Assembly: GCA_017557425.1 (NCBI GenBank)
Contig: JAFYYU010000007.1
Coordinates: forward strand, 13,450 to 77,449
Length of the DNA stretch: 64,000 bases
Origin: Muribaculaceae bacterium
Lineage (GTDB): Bacteria > Bacteroidota > Bacteroidia > Bacteroidales > Muribaculaceae
Reading direction: 5' to 3'
Each line of letters opens with the position of its first letter. Positions within the stretch are counted from its first letter, which is position 1. Positions 1 to 8,855 of this stretch are shown here, piece by piece. Both the position numbers and the translations under genes were made by a program. The notes under the pieces were generated by a model. That model was not told where the DNA came from. It did not search any database and saw only the letters and a list, made by a program, of their open reading frames with translations.

Positions 1-701
1 AGCGCCTTCATCTGGTCGGCGGCATCGGTCGAGAATTCCTGCAGGTTGGCGTTGGTGCGGTCAAGTTCACGGGCGAAGTTGCGACGCATTTCCTTGATTT
101 TGCCGCGGTTGCTCAGGGCGGTGAGCAATGCCCACAGGCCCAGCAATGCTCCAAGAATACTCAGCCAAAGGGGCAGGTTGATGGGGCATGCAGGGCCTCC
201 ATGAGCACGGTCGGGTCGGCGGTCATGACGAGGACCACCGGGAGGCGGCGGCATATTGCCTTTGTCCTCCTGTACACCCTCGGGCGCCTCATTTTCAGGT
301 GTGTCGGCCGTGGCTTGTGCCATCTCGGGATGATCAGTGATGAAAGCGTTGAAGTCAGGCTCCACCAGCTTCCAAATCTGCGGGCTGACCAATTCCTTGA
401 GGTCGGCGATGCTGCCGGCTTTGCCTTCTTCCTTCTTGAACTCGTCGTAGATCTTCTCCCACTTATGGCCTTGGTTGCCATACACGTCGTTCAGGTCATC
501 CAGGGTATAGCCCTGGGGGTAGCGGGCTACCATCTCGTCAGTGCGTTTGGCAAAACCCTTGGCATAAGCCGTGTAGTGGGCACAGCGTGCGATACCCTGT
601 TTCCACAGGGCGTTCGACAACGTCTGATTCTCGGATACTTGCGCCAGTGCCGAGGTGGCGAGGCAGACGATGGCTGCCATGAGTAAAGTAAAACGTTTCA
701 T
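1..701 (-). CDS. Partial (runs off left edge) secreted/membrane-anchored protein: signal peptide, Pro-rich linker, TM helix, coiled coil
   Basis: Not in the ORF track. Manual translation from ATG at 701: MKRFTLLMAAIVCLATSALAQ...MPPPPGGP...LPLWLSILGALLGLWALLTAL-SNRGKIKEMRRNFARELDRTNANLQEF..., open to position 1. Starts 23 bp after the upstream gene's stop. Confidence 0.8.
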   Translation of the reverse strand, partial: MKRFTLLMAAIVCLATSALAQVSENQTLSNALWKQGIARCAHYTAYAKGFAKRTDEMVARYPQGYTLDDLNDVYGNQGHKWEKIYDEFKKEEGKAGSIADLKELVSPQIWKLVEPDFNAFITDHPEMAQATADTPENEAPEGVQEDKGNMPPPPGGPRHDRRPDRAHGGPACPINLPLWLSILGALLGLWALLTALSNRGKIKEMRRNFARELDRTNANLQEFSTDAADQMKA

Positions 702-724
702 AACTTTAAGAGATATTATGATTG

Positions 725-3700
725 TTATTGGTTAAACTTGCTGATTACGTCGTTGCGCAGGTTCTTGAGCAGGTTGTGGCGTATGACGCCGATGATGGGA
801 TAGAAGAACGGAACATCCTCGACCACATCGGTGGCATTGTAGCGACCCTTCAAGAAAGTATTGATGCCCGCTGTGAGGTAGTTGGCCAGGTTATCACTCA
901 GCACGCTCTCAAAGAGGCGCAGCACGTTGTTCTCGATGCCGAACTCGTCCTTGATGGTCGCGTCGCACAGTTCAACAAAGAACTTGTTGAATTCCTTGAC
1001 TTTTTCCACCAGGCGTTCGCGCACCTCGATGGACTCGACCTGCTCCATTGTCAGGTCGTCCTGGCCCAGCATCGAGCAGCAGTAACGCATGCGCTTGACA
1101 CTCGTGGCGTTGTAGCGGGCGACATCGGCCTGTCCCTCCAGGCGCTTGTTCTCCAGCTTGATGCCGCCGCGGCAGGTGATCTGCTTGGGACACTGGATTT
1201 CCTGCTTGATCTCGAACAATTCATGGTACTGTTTGCCGTAAACACGCTCGATAATCGTCTGGGTGAGCATGTTGATGCGGCTGTGCGAGCCCAGGATGTT
1301 CAATATCTTGCTGCCCGTGCCCGAGAAGTAGATCTGCTTGGGCATCTCATAATTGCGCAGCTTCATGGCCTGGGCGATGTAGTAGATGATGGCCGAGTAG
1401 AAGTACATGAAGATCAGGCGCCGCTGGCTGTCGTTGCGCAGCAGGGCGTTGTAGCTGTACAGGTTGCGGTCGATCTCGCGCAGGGTGCGCAGTTCCTCAA
1501 CATTCTCGATCGAGAACAGGAACGCGTTGATGTCCTCGCTGCGCTTCTGGGCCATGATGTCGGCCAGGATGCTGCTCAGGTAGGCGATGCTGTTGCCCTT
1601 ATCGTTATCGATGAGCTGCTTGAAGTAGCGCGTGTAGTGCTGCAGCAGCGGGTTGTTGTCGGCATCTTTGTCGGTGAAGCCGTCACCAAAGATGGCGTTG
1701 CCGGCAAAGCGGAACGACGAGATGGCCACCGGCTCGCTGCTCATGCGGTCGTCAGTGGGCTGGTAAATGACCGTGTCGCACGTGCCGCCGCCAATGTCGA
1801 TCGACACATAGCTGCTGCCGGCCACCTCGGCACCACTGTAGTAGTAGGCAGGGGCAAGGCTCTCAGGATATGAACGCAGACGGTCGCTGTCGGCACCGAT
1901 ATAGGTGTTGAACAGCTCATTCCATGTGCGCTCCAACGTGTCACGGTCGGCTCCACCCATGCTCACGGGGTAGAAGTAAACGATTTCGGTGCGGCGCAGG
2001 TCGGCATTCTCAAGCAGAGCCTTGGCCTTGATGAGCAGAGTGAGCTCACGCAGGAAGGCTCGTGCCAGTTCAGTATCGCCTTTCCACTTGAGGTTTGTGG
2101 TCACCTCATAGCCGTGGAAATAGCGGCGCTCATACAGGAACGGGATGTTGACGTCACTGAACAGGTTGCTGCCAATACCGCTGTTCTCGTTTCGTGCCAG
2201 TGTGGAACGCAAGGGGAAACCATACACGTTGTCAATCTCGCGGGGCACGAATTCAACACGCTGCACCTGCTCGGCATATTCCAGCGAATGGGGCTTGTGC
2301 AATGAGGCGACGAGCACCTGCTGCGAACCGTATTCAAAGGTGAATGGCTGTGAGGGCTGTCCGCGCTCGGCCCACTCGACGTGGGTGTTGGTGGTGCCAA
2401 AGTCCACAGCAAAGATGAGTTCCTTGGCGCTGGGATTGTAGGGTTTCCATTGCGGGATGATTACACCTCCGGCCCGGCCCAGATGGTTCTGGATGCTGGC
2501 CTCAATATAGTCGAACGAACCGTCCACGTCATAGTAAACGGTGCTGTAGCCAGAGTGTGAGCGGATGGCGTCACGCACATTCAGCCCGTCAGTCTTGATG
2601 CCGTTCTTGTAGAACCGCAACGTAGCTCCGCCGCTCTCAATCATCGTGAACAGTTCAACGGTGTAGTCGTCGTTGGCCTCGGTCTTGACAAACGGGAATA
2701 TTGACGTGGACAAGGTGGCGCCAATGATGCGGCCTGTGCCGCGGCGCTCGTCAAAGGTCCACGTGTGGTCGTTGATGGGGAAATACTTACGCGACAGCTC
2801 AATATAGCGGTTTTCGCCTTTCTTGACGCGGATGCGCAGGGTGACCATCACGCTGCCGTCGGCAAATTCCTCAATGTCCATCACGTGGCGGCCGGCGATG
2901 GTGCCCTTGATGTACTCAGTATCAAAATAGGTGAACAGCAGGGGCTTCAACGGCAGCAGGTAGCCGCACGTGGGGTTGGGAGTGCGCGGCTTGAGGTTGC
3001 CGTCGAAGAAGTGGTCGGTGTCGATGACGCAACCGCTGTCCAGCCGAACGAGCGTGTCGGTCAGGAAGTCATCGGTCGTGACAAACGGGTATTGTATCGA
3101 GGTGTCAGGCAGCTTGCGGTCGTTCAGGGGAACACCGCCGCCATACACTTGTGTGGCACTGTCCCACTCCTTGTCGATGTAGCAGAAATGCTCCACGTTG
3201 CCGTTAAAACCGTTGACCAGCACGAGCGGCAATTCGTTCTTGCCTTGAGGCAGGGTGGGGGTGATGACAAAGTCGCTCTCGCTGGCGGCAGAGCGGATAT
3301 CCAGCACTCGCTTGTGATAGAATCGGGCACCTAGCACGCTCACGTCAATACCACCGCCAAAGGGGTCGTAGTTGTGCTCCAGCTGCTCCAGAACGGTGCT
3401 GGCACGGCCCTCGTCCAGGGCATCCAGGTTGGGGATGACTGTAGCGATACGGCGGTACAGGTCGGGACGGTTGGCGCGCAGGGGCTCCAGGTTCTTCTGC
3501 ATGTAGGCATATACCTCGCCACAGTGCAGTCGCAGCGTGGGATAGGCGTTCATCAGCAGGTACATGTAGAAGACGAAGTCCTCGTCACGCTCCCACAGGT
3601 GACGCACCTCACCAAAGAGGCTCACGCCCTGCTCCACCTTGATGGCGTCAATGGTGCCCAAAGCGGGCGCTGCCATGACAACGGAAGCGGGCGATGTGCC

Positions 3701-4168
3701 GCCAAGCACCTGACGGTCCCACATCAGGATGTACCAGTCCTTGAGCAGGTCAAAATTATAGACCTTGTCGCTGCGCAGGAACAGGTCGAGCGTCTCGCCG
3801 TAGAGGCGGTGTTGCGGGTTAGCCTTCAACTGCTCCAGACATTCCTCGCGGTTCCAGCGGATGATGCGCAGGTAGTCCTTGTGGTTCTCGTAGTCAAAGA
3901 ACAGCTGTGCCACGTCAAGGGCGTTGGACACGAGGCGCTCGTTCATGCGGGCACCGCGCAACCGCTCGTTGGCCAGTTGCTTGAAGGCGTTCTTTACGAG
4001 GTCGAGCTGGGCCAGCGGGCTCGGAATGGCGGTGCGCGGGTTCTCGCTCAGTCCGCCGTCGGGGTCCTTGATGCGCGCGATGTCGTCGTCGCTGTACGGG
4101 GCGTGCCCGATCCAGTCCTCCTCGCCGCTCTTGCTCGTATTGTTGCTATAGGATAATATCTCGCTCAT
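725..4168 (-). CDS. 1147-aa protein with unknown N-terminal half and C-terminal actin/Hsp70/FtsA-fold ATPase
   Basis: Phosphate-1 AVDFGTTNT, connect YPESLA, phosphate-2 SIDIGGGTCD and adenosine-like YFSGTGSK, in the correct order. Confidence 0.8.
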   Translation of the reverse strand: MSEILSYSNNTSKSGEEDWIGHAPYSDDDIARIKDPDGGLSENPRTAIPSPLAQLDLVKNAFKQLANERLRGARMNERLVSNALDVAQLFFDYENHKDYLRIIRWNREECLEQLKANPQHRLYGETLDLFLRSDKVYNFDLLKDWYILMWDRQVLGGTSPASVVMAAPALGTIDAIKVEQGVSLFGEVRHLWERDEDFVFYMYLLMNAYPTLRLHCGEVYAYMQKNLEPLRANRPDLYRRIATVIPNLDALDEGRASTVLEQLEHNYDPFGGGIDVSVLGARFYHKRVLDIRSAASESDFVITPTLPQGKNELPLVLVNGFNGNVEHFCYIDKEWDSATQVYGGGVPLNDRKLPDTSIQYPFVTTDDFLTDTLVRLDSGCVIDTDHFFDGNLKPRTPNPTCGYLLPLKPLLFTYFDTEYIKGTIAGRHVMDIEEFADGSVMVTLRIRVKKGENRYIELSRKYFPINDHTWTFDERRGTGRIIGATLSTSIFPFVKTEANDDYTVELFTMIESGGATLRFYKNGIKTDGLNVRDAIRSHSGYSTVYYDVDGSFDYIEASIQNHLGRAGGVIIPQWKPYNPSAKELIFAVDFGTTNTHVEWAERGQPSQPFTFEYGSQQVLVASLHKPHSLEYAEQVQRVEFVPREIDNVYGFPLRSTLARNENSGIGSNLFSDVNIPFLYERRYFHGYEVTTNLKWKGDTELARAFLRELTLLIKAKALLENADLRRTEIVYFYPVSMGGADRDTLERTWNELFNTYIGADSDRLRSYPESLAPAYYYSGAEVAGSSYVSIDIGGGTCDTVIYQPTDDRMSSEPVAISSFRFAGNAIFGDGFTDKDADNNPLLQHYTRYFKQLIDNDKGNSIAYLSSILADIMAQKRSEDINAFLFSIENVEELRTLREIDRNLYSYNALLRNDSQRRLIFMYFYSAIIYYIAQAMKLRNYEMPKQIYFSGTGSKILNILGSHSRINMLTQTIIERVYGKQYHELFEIKQEIQCPKQITCRGGIKLENKRLEGQADVARYNATSVKRMRYCCSMLGQDDLTMEQVESIEVRERLVEKVKEFNKFFVELCDATIKDEFGIENNVLRLFESVLSDNLANYLTAGINTFLKGRYNATDVVEDVPFFYPIIGVIRHNLLKNLRNDVISKFNQ

Positions 4169-4220
4169 GTTGATGATATTTTCTCTTTTTTCTAAAGCCT
4201 AATAACCTAAAACCTAAAGC

Positions 4221-5744
4221 CTAGTTGATGTTTTCGAAGCGCTCGGTGAATATCTTATGGGCAGCCTTGTTGAACAGGTCCAGCAGCTTGAATTCCACGG
4301 TGCGGTCGCTGTAGCTGGGGTTGTCCTTGCTTAACTTGTTCATCTCGGCCTTGAACACGTTGTTGTCCACGGTTTTGTGGCCGAAAAGGGCCTTACGCAC
4401 GTTCACGCCCTCGATGGCATGGGACATGTCAATCTCGCCTGGCTTGAAAAGGGCCACGCTGCGCATGTTGTCGTTCATCTCGGTGAGCCACTGGGCATAG
4501 GCCAGCAGGAACTGGTCCACCAGGGTGCGGTAGAACTGCGAGGCCAGGAAGTCGCTCTTGATTTTGGGGGCGTCTTCGGTAAAACCTTGTCCGATGATGT
4601 CCTTGAAACCCGTGGTCAGGAACAGGAACAGCAGGTGGAACTTGCTCATGGGCTCATAGATGAGCTGGCGCGTGCGGCGGCCCAGCGACAGGAAGTTGAT
4701 GCTCAGCTCGTCCTTGGCCAGAGCGTACTCATAGGCCGTGGTGGGCAGGGGATAACCGTCCATGTCGGTCAGCTTGTTTTCGGGCACACCGGCAAAGTCC
4801 AGCGGTGCCAGAGCACCGATAAGCTCAATGAAATGGGCGTTGTTGCGTTGCCCGTGCTCACCTGGATCATACAGGTAGGGCTTGCTTCTTACTTGGTCGC
4901 CCAGATAGTAGATGCTGTTCACGTTGCTGTCGTTAGCGCCGGTGAGCGTGTTCTTGTAGTAGTAAAGCGCACTTTGGGTCTTGACGATGAAGTCGCTCGT
5001 GGCGATGCGCTGGTCCTGCTTGTTGCCCTCCAGGGTGAAGTAGGGGAGCACCGTCAATCCACCGATGGGCGCACGGCTCAGGGCGTCGCGGTTTTCTATG
5101 CCTTCCAAACTGGCTGCCTGGCGGATGTTCTTGACCATGATGGGGAAGCCCGAAGCTCCCGTGCCGCCAAAGATCGAGCTGATGAAAAAGATGCGGTCGC
5201 CCTGGCGGAAAATGTTGCTGAAGGCCTTGAACTCGTTGCTGTCCTTGATTTCGTTCAGCGCCACGCTGCCGATGTTGGGACTGCCCACGAAGCCGATGTT
5301 CATCTTGTTCTCCAGCTGATAGTTGGCAAATAGCAGTGACGTCAGCGCCTGGTTGGCCTCGTTCATCGTGTCATAGCCGATGAATTCGCGGAATTTGCTG
5401 TTTTCCACGGCACCTAGGTTGAAGATGAACGTGTCGTTCAACGTCACGCTGGTGTTGCTCATGATTTCGCGCAGGGTGACGATACGGTTGGCGAAGAATC
5501 CGTCGGCGTTGGGCTCGTTGCCGTACAGCTTGCGGCGGATGTCGCGGTAGTCGTTGAGCATCGCCTCGGTGCGCTTCAGGTCCTCGTTGGCCTTGTGCGG
5601 GTCGATGATGACGGGCACGATTTCCAAGTCCTTTACCGGCTTGCCGTTCTCGTCAAGGGGACGCACGCCGGCTGCCGACAGCATCAGCAGTGACTTCAGC
5701 ACCCTTGATCCGGTACCTCCGATAGCAAAAAGGAATAGTCTCAT
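4221..5744 (-). CDS. Divergent FtsZ/tubulin-like GTPase
   Basis: N-terminal AIGGTGSRV, T3-like GFVGSPNIG, tubulin-signature-like SIFGGTGASG, and LTVLPYF (cf. FtsZ TxPF). Confidence 0.8.
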   Translation of the reverse strand: MRLFLFAIGGTGSRVLKSLLMLSAAGVRPLDENGKPVKDLEIVPVIIDPHKANEDLKRTEAMLNDYRDIRRKLYGNEPNADGFFANRIVTLREIMSNTSVTLNDTFIFNLGAVENSKFREFIGYDTMNEANQALTSLLFANYQLENKMNIGFVGSPNIGSVALNEIKDSNEFKAFSNIFRQGDRIFFISSIFGGTGASGFPIMVKNIRQAASLEGIENRDALSRAPIGGLTVLPYFTLEGNKQDQRIATSDFIVKTQSALYYYKNTLTGANDSNVNSIYYLGDQVRSKPYLYDPGEHGQRNNAHFIELIGALAPLDFAGVPENKLTDMDGYPLPTTAYEYALAKDELSINFLSLGRRTRQLIYEPMSKFHLLFLFLTTGFKDIIGQGFTEDAPKIKSDFLASQFYRTLVDQFLLAYAQWLTEMNDNMRSVALFKPGEIDMSHAIEGVNVRKALFGHKTVDNNVFKAEMNKLSKDNPSYSDRTVEFKLLDLFNKAAHKIFTERFENIN

Positions 5745-5781
5745 TTATTGAGTTTTTAGTTGTTAGTCCTTGGTTGTTAGT

Positions 5782-6237
5782 TTATTGCGGCAGTGGTGTG
5801 TGGCGGCAGTTGCTGCTCCACCAGCGCATCGAGTAGGATGCCACGATATACAGCAGGGCGGCAAACAGCACCGTCTGCATCTCGAACTGGATGGATTCGC
5901 CGACGTACAGCAGTCCGTTGTTGGCAAACACCGTGTCGTTGTAGATGTAGCACACCACGGGAGCCAAAACCACCACTACTCCCATGATCGCCAGCCAGTG
6001 GTACCAGCGGTCGAACTTCACCGAGTTGATGGCATAGTAGTAGATGGCGGCGCCGCCCCATGCCACAAGGATGGTGATGGCGGCAATTACGGGATACATG
6101 TTCAGATTGTACATCTTGTCGTTGTAGCCCTGGTTGAAGAACATTTGTTCCCAGATGTTGAAACCGTCACTGCAGCTGAGGATGAAAAACAGCACGGTTA
6201 TTACGATTCCGGCAATCAGATACCCTAAATGTTTCAT
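5782..6237 (-). CDS. Small integral membrane protein (~4 TM)
   Basis: Four hydrophobic segments. ATG at 6237 (MKHLGYL) avoids overlap with the upstream gene. Confidence 0.8.
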   Translation of the reverse strand: MKHLGYLIAGIVITVLFFILSCSDGFNIWEQMFFNQGYNDKMYNLNMYPVIAAITILVAWGGAAIYYYAINSVKFDRWYHWLAIMGVVVVLAPVVCYIYNDTVFANNGLLYVGESIQFEMQTVLFAALLYIVASYSMRWWSSNCRHTPLPQ

Positions 6238-6280
6238 TATTTCAATTATTTTGTCTGTTTCTGTTGTTAGACGGTGAATA

Positions 6281-7732
6281 TTACCGTTGAAGTTGCACGA
6301 TGACGTCAAAATAGCTGCTACCGCCCTTCATGGCGTCAAACATGCCGCCCAGCAGCTGTTCCAGGCCCAGCGTGGTCGTGGAGAACGATCCACCGGCACT
6401 CGTGTCGTTGTTGCTTGACGACTGGCGCACCCACCCAGGCAGTTCGTTGCGCAGCGAGATGTGTATCTCGTCACGCGGACTCTTCAGGTCGCCCACGAGC
6501 GTCAGCACATGGGTCATGCCTTCGAGATACTCTTTGTTGTTGGCCGTCAGCATGCCAGGAACGATGGGTTGCACGGTCAGCGTGTATCCGTCGATGCTCT
6601 TGACTTCGTAGTTGTCGGCATTGGTCAGGATGTCATCGTTCTTCATCAGTCCGCTCAGGTCAGCCGCCAGTGAGAAGCACAGTTTGCCCGTCTGGCGGTC
6701 GCCGTCACACTTGGCCAGCACGATGCCGTCGCCATGCTTGACACGGAAACGGCCCGCATTGTCTTTCCACTCGGGAAGCACGCGGCAGGGCAGTTCGGCG
6801 GTGGCTTGGTTGAAGCGGTAACTGTTGCGCAGGCCCGCAGCATCCAGCACCCCGCTGTAACGCTTGTCCTGAGCCAGCTGGTCCATCACGTCGCCATCGG
6901 CGATGATGACCAGATAGAACGGACGCTTGCCGTTGTACTCAAAGGGAACCCCGTTGTAAGGGTAATACTTGCCGCTGTAGTCGCCCATGAACTGCTGCAC
7001 CACCACGCTCTTGCCCTTGTAGCGGGCAAACACGCGCGTGGCCAGGCTGTTCTCCTCGTTGAAAATCTTGTCCAGGCTCACACCGTGCGTGTCCTGCGGC
7101 GAGTAGATGAGGTCGCTTACCAGCACACTCACGTTGCCGGGACGCTGAGCCTCCAGAATCTTGTTGAAAATCAGCTGGAAGTCGGTATAGCTGGCATTGC
7201 CCACACCTGCCGTGCTCTGGTAGATGTCGCGGTCCTTGAGGAACTCGTCCACTGTGTGCTGGTAGGGGTAGATGCCGTCGTTCACGATGTTGATTTCGAC
7301 TTTGCTGCCGGCAGGGAAATGGTTGATGAGGTCGTTCACGGCCTTTTTCAACTGGCCTCCTCCGCCTCGCTGGTCATAGGGCACCATCGAGCCGCTGCGC
7401 TCAAAATACACCGTCAGCGACAGGTCTTCCACGCCGCCATAGGGGCGCGTGTCCCAATGCATCGGCGGACGCAGCTGTGACCCTATTTCCTCGATAAAGG
7501 CGGCCAGTTTCTTGTGGTCCACACGACCCTCGGGGGTCAACATGTCGCCATATTTCCCGGGGTTTTCGGTAATCAGCGTGCACAACGAGTCATAGGCCAC
7601 CCGTGTCGTGTCGCCACTCACCAGAATGCCACGCACGGCCTTGTCCAGCCGACCGTGTCCACCACAACCCATCAAGGCCACCATCAGCAGGCAGCCCATC
7701 AGTAGCAACGGTAATCGTCTCATATATGTCAT
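6281..7732 (-). CDS. Lipoprotein with vWA-like domain
   Basis: Lipobox LMVALMG-C. MIDAS-like LTVYFERSGSM, YTDF and VLVSDLIY. Start is 7732 or 7723. Confidence 0.7.
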   Translation of the reverse strand: MTYMRRLPLLLMGCLLMVALMGCGGHGRLDKAVRGILVSGDTTRVAYDSLCTLITENPGKYGDMLTPEGRVDHKKLAAFIEEIGSQLRPPMHWDTRPYGGVEDLSLTVYFERSGSMVPYDQRGGGGQLKKAVNDLINHFPAGSKVEINIVNDGIYPYQHTVDEFLKDRDIYQSTAGVGNASYTDFQLIFNKILEAQRPGNVSVLVSDLIYSPQDTHGVSLDKIFNEENSLATRVFARYKGKSVVVQQFMGDYSGKYYPYNGVPFEYNGKRPFYLVIIADGDVMDQLAQDKRYSGVLDAAGLRNSYRFNQATAELPCRVLPEWKDNAGRFRVKHGDGIVLAKCDGDRQTGKLCFSLAADLSGLMKNDDILTNADNYEVKSIDGYTLTVQPIVPGMLTANNKEYLEGMTHVLTLVGDLKSPRDEIHISLRNELPGWVRQSSSNNDTSAGGSFSTTTLGLEQLLGGMFDAMKGGSSYFDVIVQLQR

Positions 7733-7784
7733 TCTAAACGTTTCTCTAGTCCAATAATAATCTGAAAGTAACAATATTAATATG

Positions 7785-7792
7785 CAAATTTA
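7785..7792 (-). promoter_or_regulatory. Bacteroidetes -7 promoter element (TAAATTTG) for the tubulin/actin operon
   Basis: Matches TAnnTTTG on the minus strand about 55 bp upstream of the lipoprotein start. Confidence 0.55.
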
Positions 7793-7849
7793 GTGCCGTT
7801 TTCCACATTATCTATGAAATTGCGTGTTAAAAAGTGTTTTTCCGACGGC

Positions 7850-8842
7850 TCAGTCGGAGTTTGCAGCACCTATAGCCGCCTTGATCAAGGCCAGGAAATA
7901 AGCGACCGCCTCCTCAAGGGGCATGAACCGGGCAGCATCGGGCTGGTCGGTCAGATCCTTGCGGATGGCTTCCTCGGGGTGGTATTGGACACCTAGGGCA
8001 AAACGTTTGTCAGTACGCTCAATGGCTTCGATGATGTTTACACCGTCGGTAGGGGTAACTCCCGTGACGCGCAATGGCGTACCGGTGACGTATCCCACCG
8101 CCTGATGGTGCCACGAGGGGACGTTACGGATTGTATCGGTTCCCGCAATGGCATAGAGCAGCGAAGTCGTATCGGTGACCACCACGTCGTGCGGCATGTA
8201 ATAACGTTTGCCCTCGGCATCGCGCTGCATGCGGTGCAAAAAGTGATAATTTTTGCCCATTTCATCGAAGTATTTGCCCAAATCCTGAATAAGCGGCGCC
8301 CCTGAGACAACCCCCAGCAACTGCATGCCACGGCACAGACCCAACACAGGGATATCGTGGTCCAGGCAATAGGCCATCGTCAGGTATTCCGATACATCGC
8401 GTGTGGCATTGGCCGGGCTGTCGTCGGCGATGCCGTGCCACGGCTGGGGAATGGCAAACAGGGTCGGACTGATGTCTCCACCACCCAAAAAAACAACCGC
8501 TTGTACACCTTGCAGCTGTTCGGCTATAGAAGTGCCATGGTAGGTTTCACGCTTGACAATGTCGGCATATTCCTGACGCAAAACGCCCATTTCATCTACA
8601 TATTTCGGGCATAATACCATATCGTCGTATTCAAAGCCAGCGGGTCGTACCTGAGGCAGAATCACCGCTTCACCACCGGCCTGCTCAATGGAGAGGATGG
8701 CGCGTGCATAACTGGCTTCGGTGGGTTGCCAAGCGATGCCAATGCGTACGGGAACACCCTCGCCCGCAATGGCGCTCATGCCGACCGCAAGCCATATCAC
8801 CGCAAGGGACAAAACTCTCAAAATCGCACTTGTTTTCATCAT
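7850..8842 (-). CDS. Secreted gamma-glutamyl hydrolase-like class I glutamine amidotransferase (peptidase C26)
   Basis: GGGDISP, GLCRGMQ (Cys nucleophile), SWHHQAV, GVQYHPE; N-terminal signal peptide. Confidence 0.85.
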   Translation of the reverse strand: MMKTSAILRVLSLAVIWLAVGMSAIAGEGVPVRIGIAWQPTEASYARAILSIEQAGGEAVILPQVRPAGFEYDDMVLCPKYVDEMGVLRQEYADIVKRETYHGTSIAEQLQGVQAVVFLGGGDISPTLFAIPQPWHGIADDSPANATRDVSEYLTMAYCLDHDIPVLGLCRGMQLLGVVSGAPLIQDLGKYFDEMGKNYHFLHRMQRDAEGKRYYMPHDVVVTDTTSLLYAIAGTDTIRNVPSWHHQAVGYVTGTPLRVTGVTPTDGVNIIEAIERTDKRFALGVQYHPEEAIRKDLTDQPDAARFMPLEEAVAYFLALIKAAIGAANSD

Positions 8843-8855
8843 TTTCAGTCTTTAT

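Noticed and set aside
4191-4223. Short CCTAAA-type tandem repeats (similar 9-mers at 55416-55450)
   Set aside because: Degenerate low-complexity intergenic repeats with no spacers; not CRISPR.
4221-5744. Canonical ftsZ/ftsA division genes
   Set aside because: No dcw context, no FtsZ T7 or C-terminal peptide, and the partner is far larger than FtsA.
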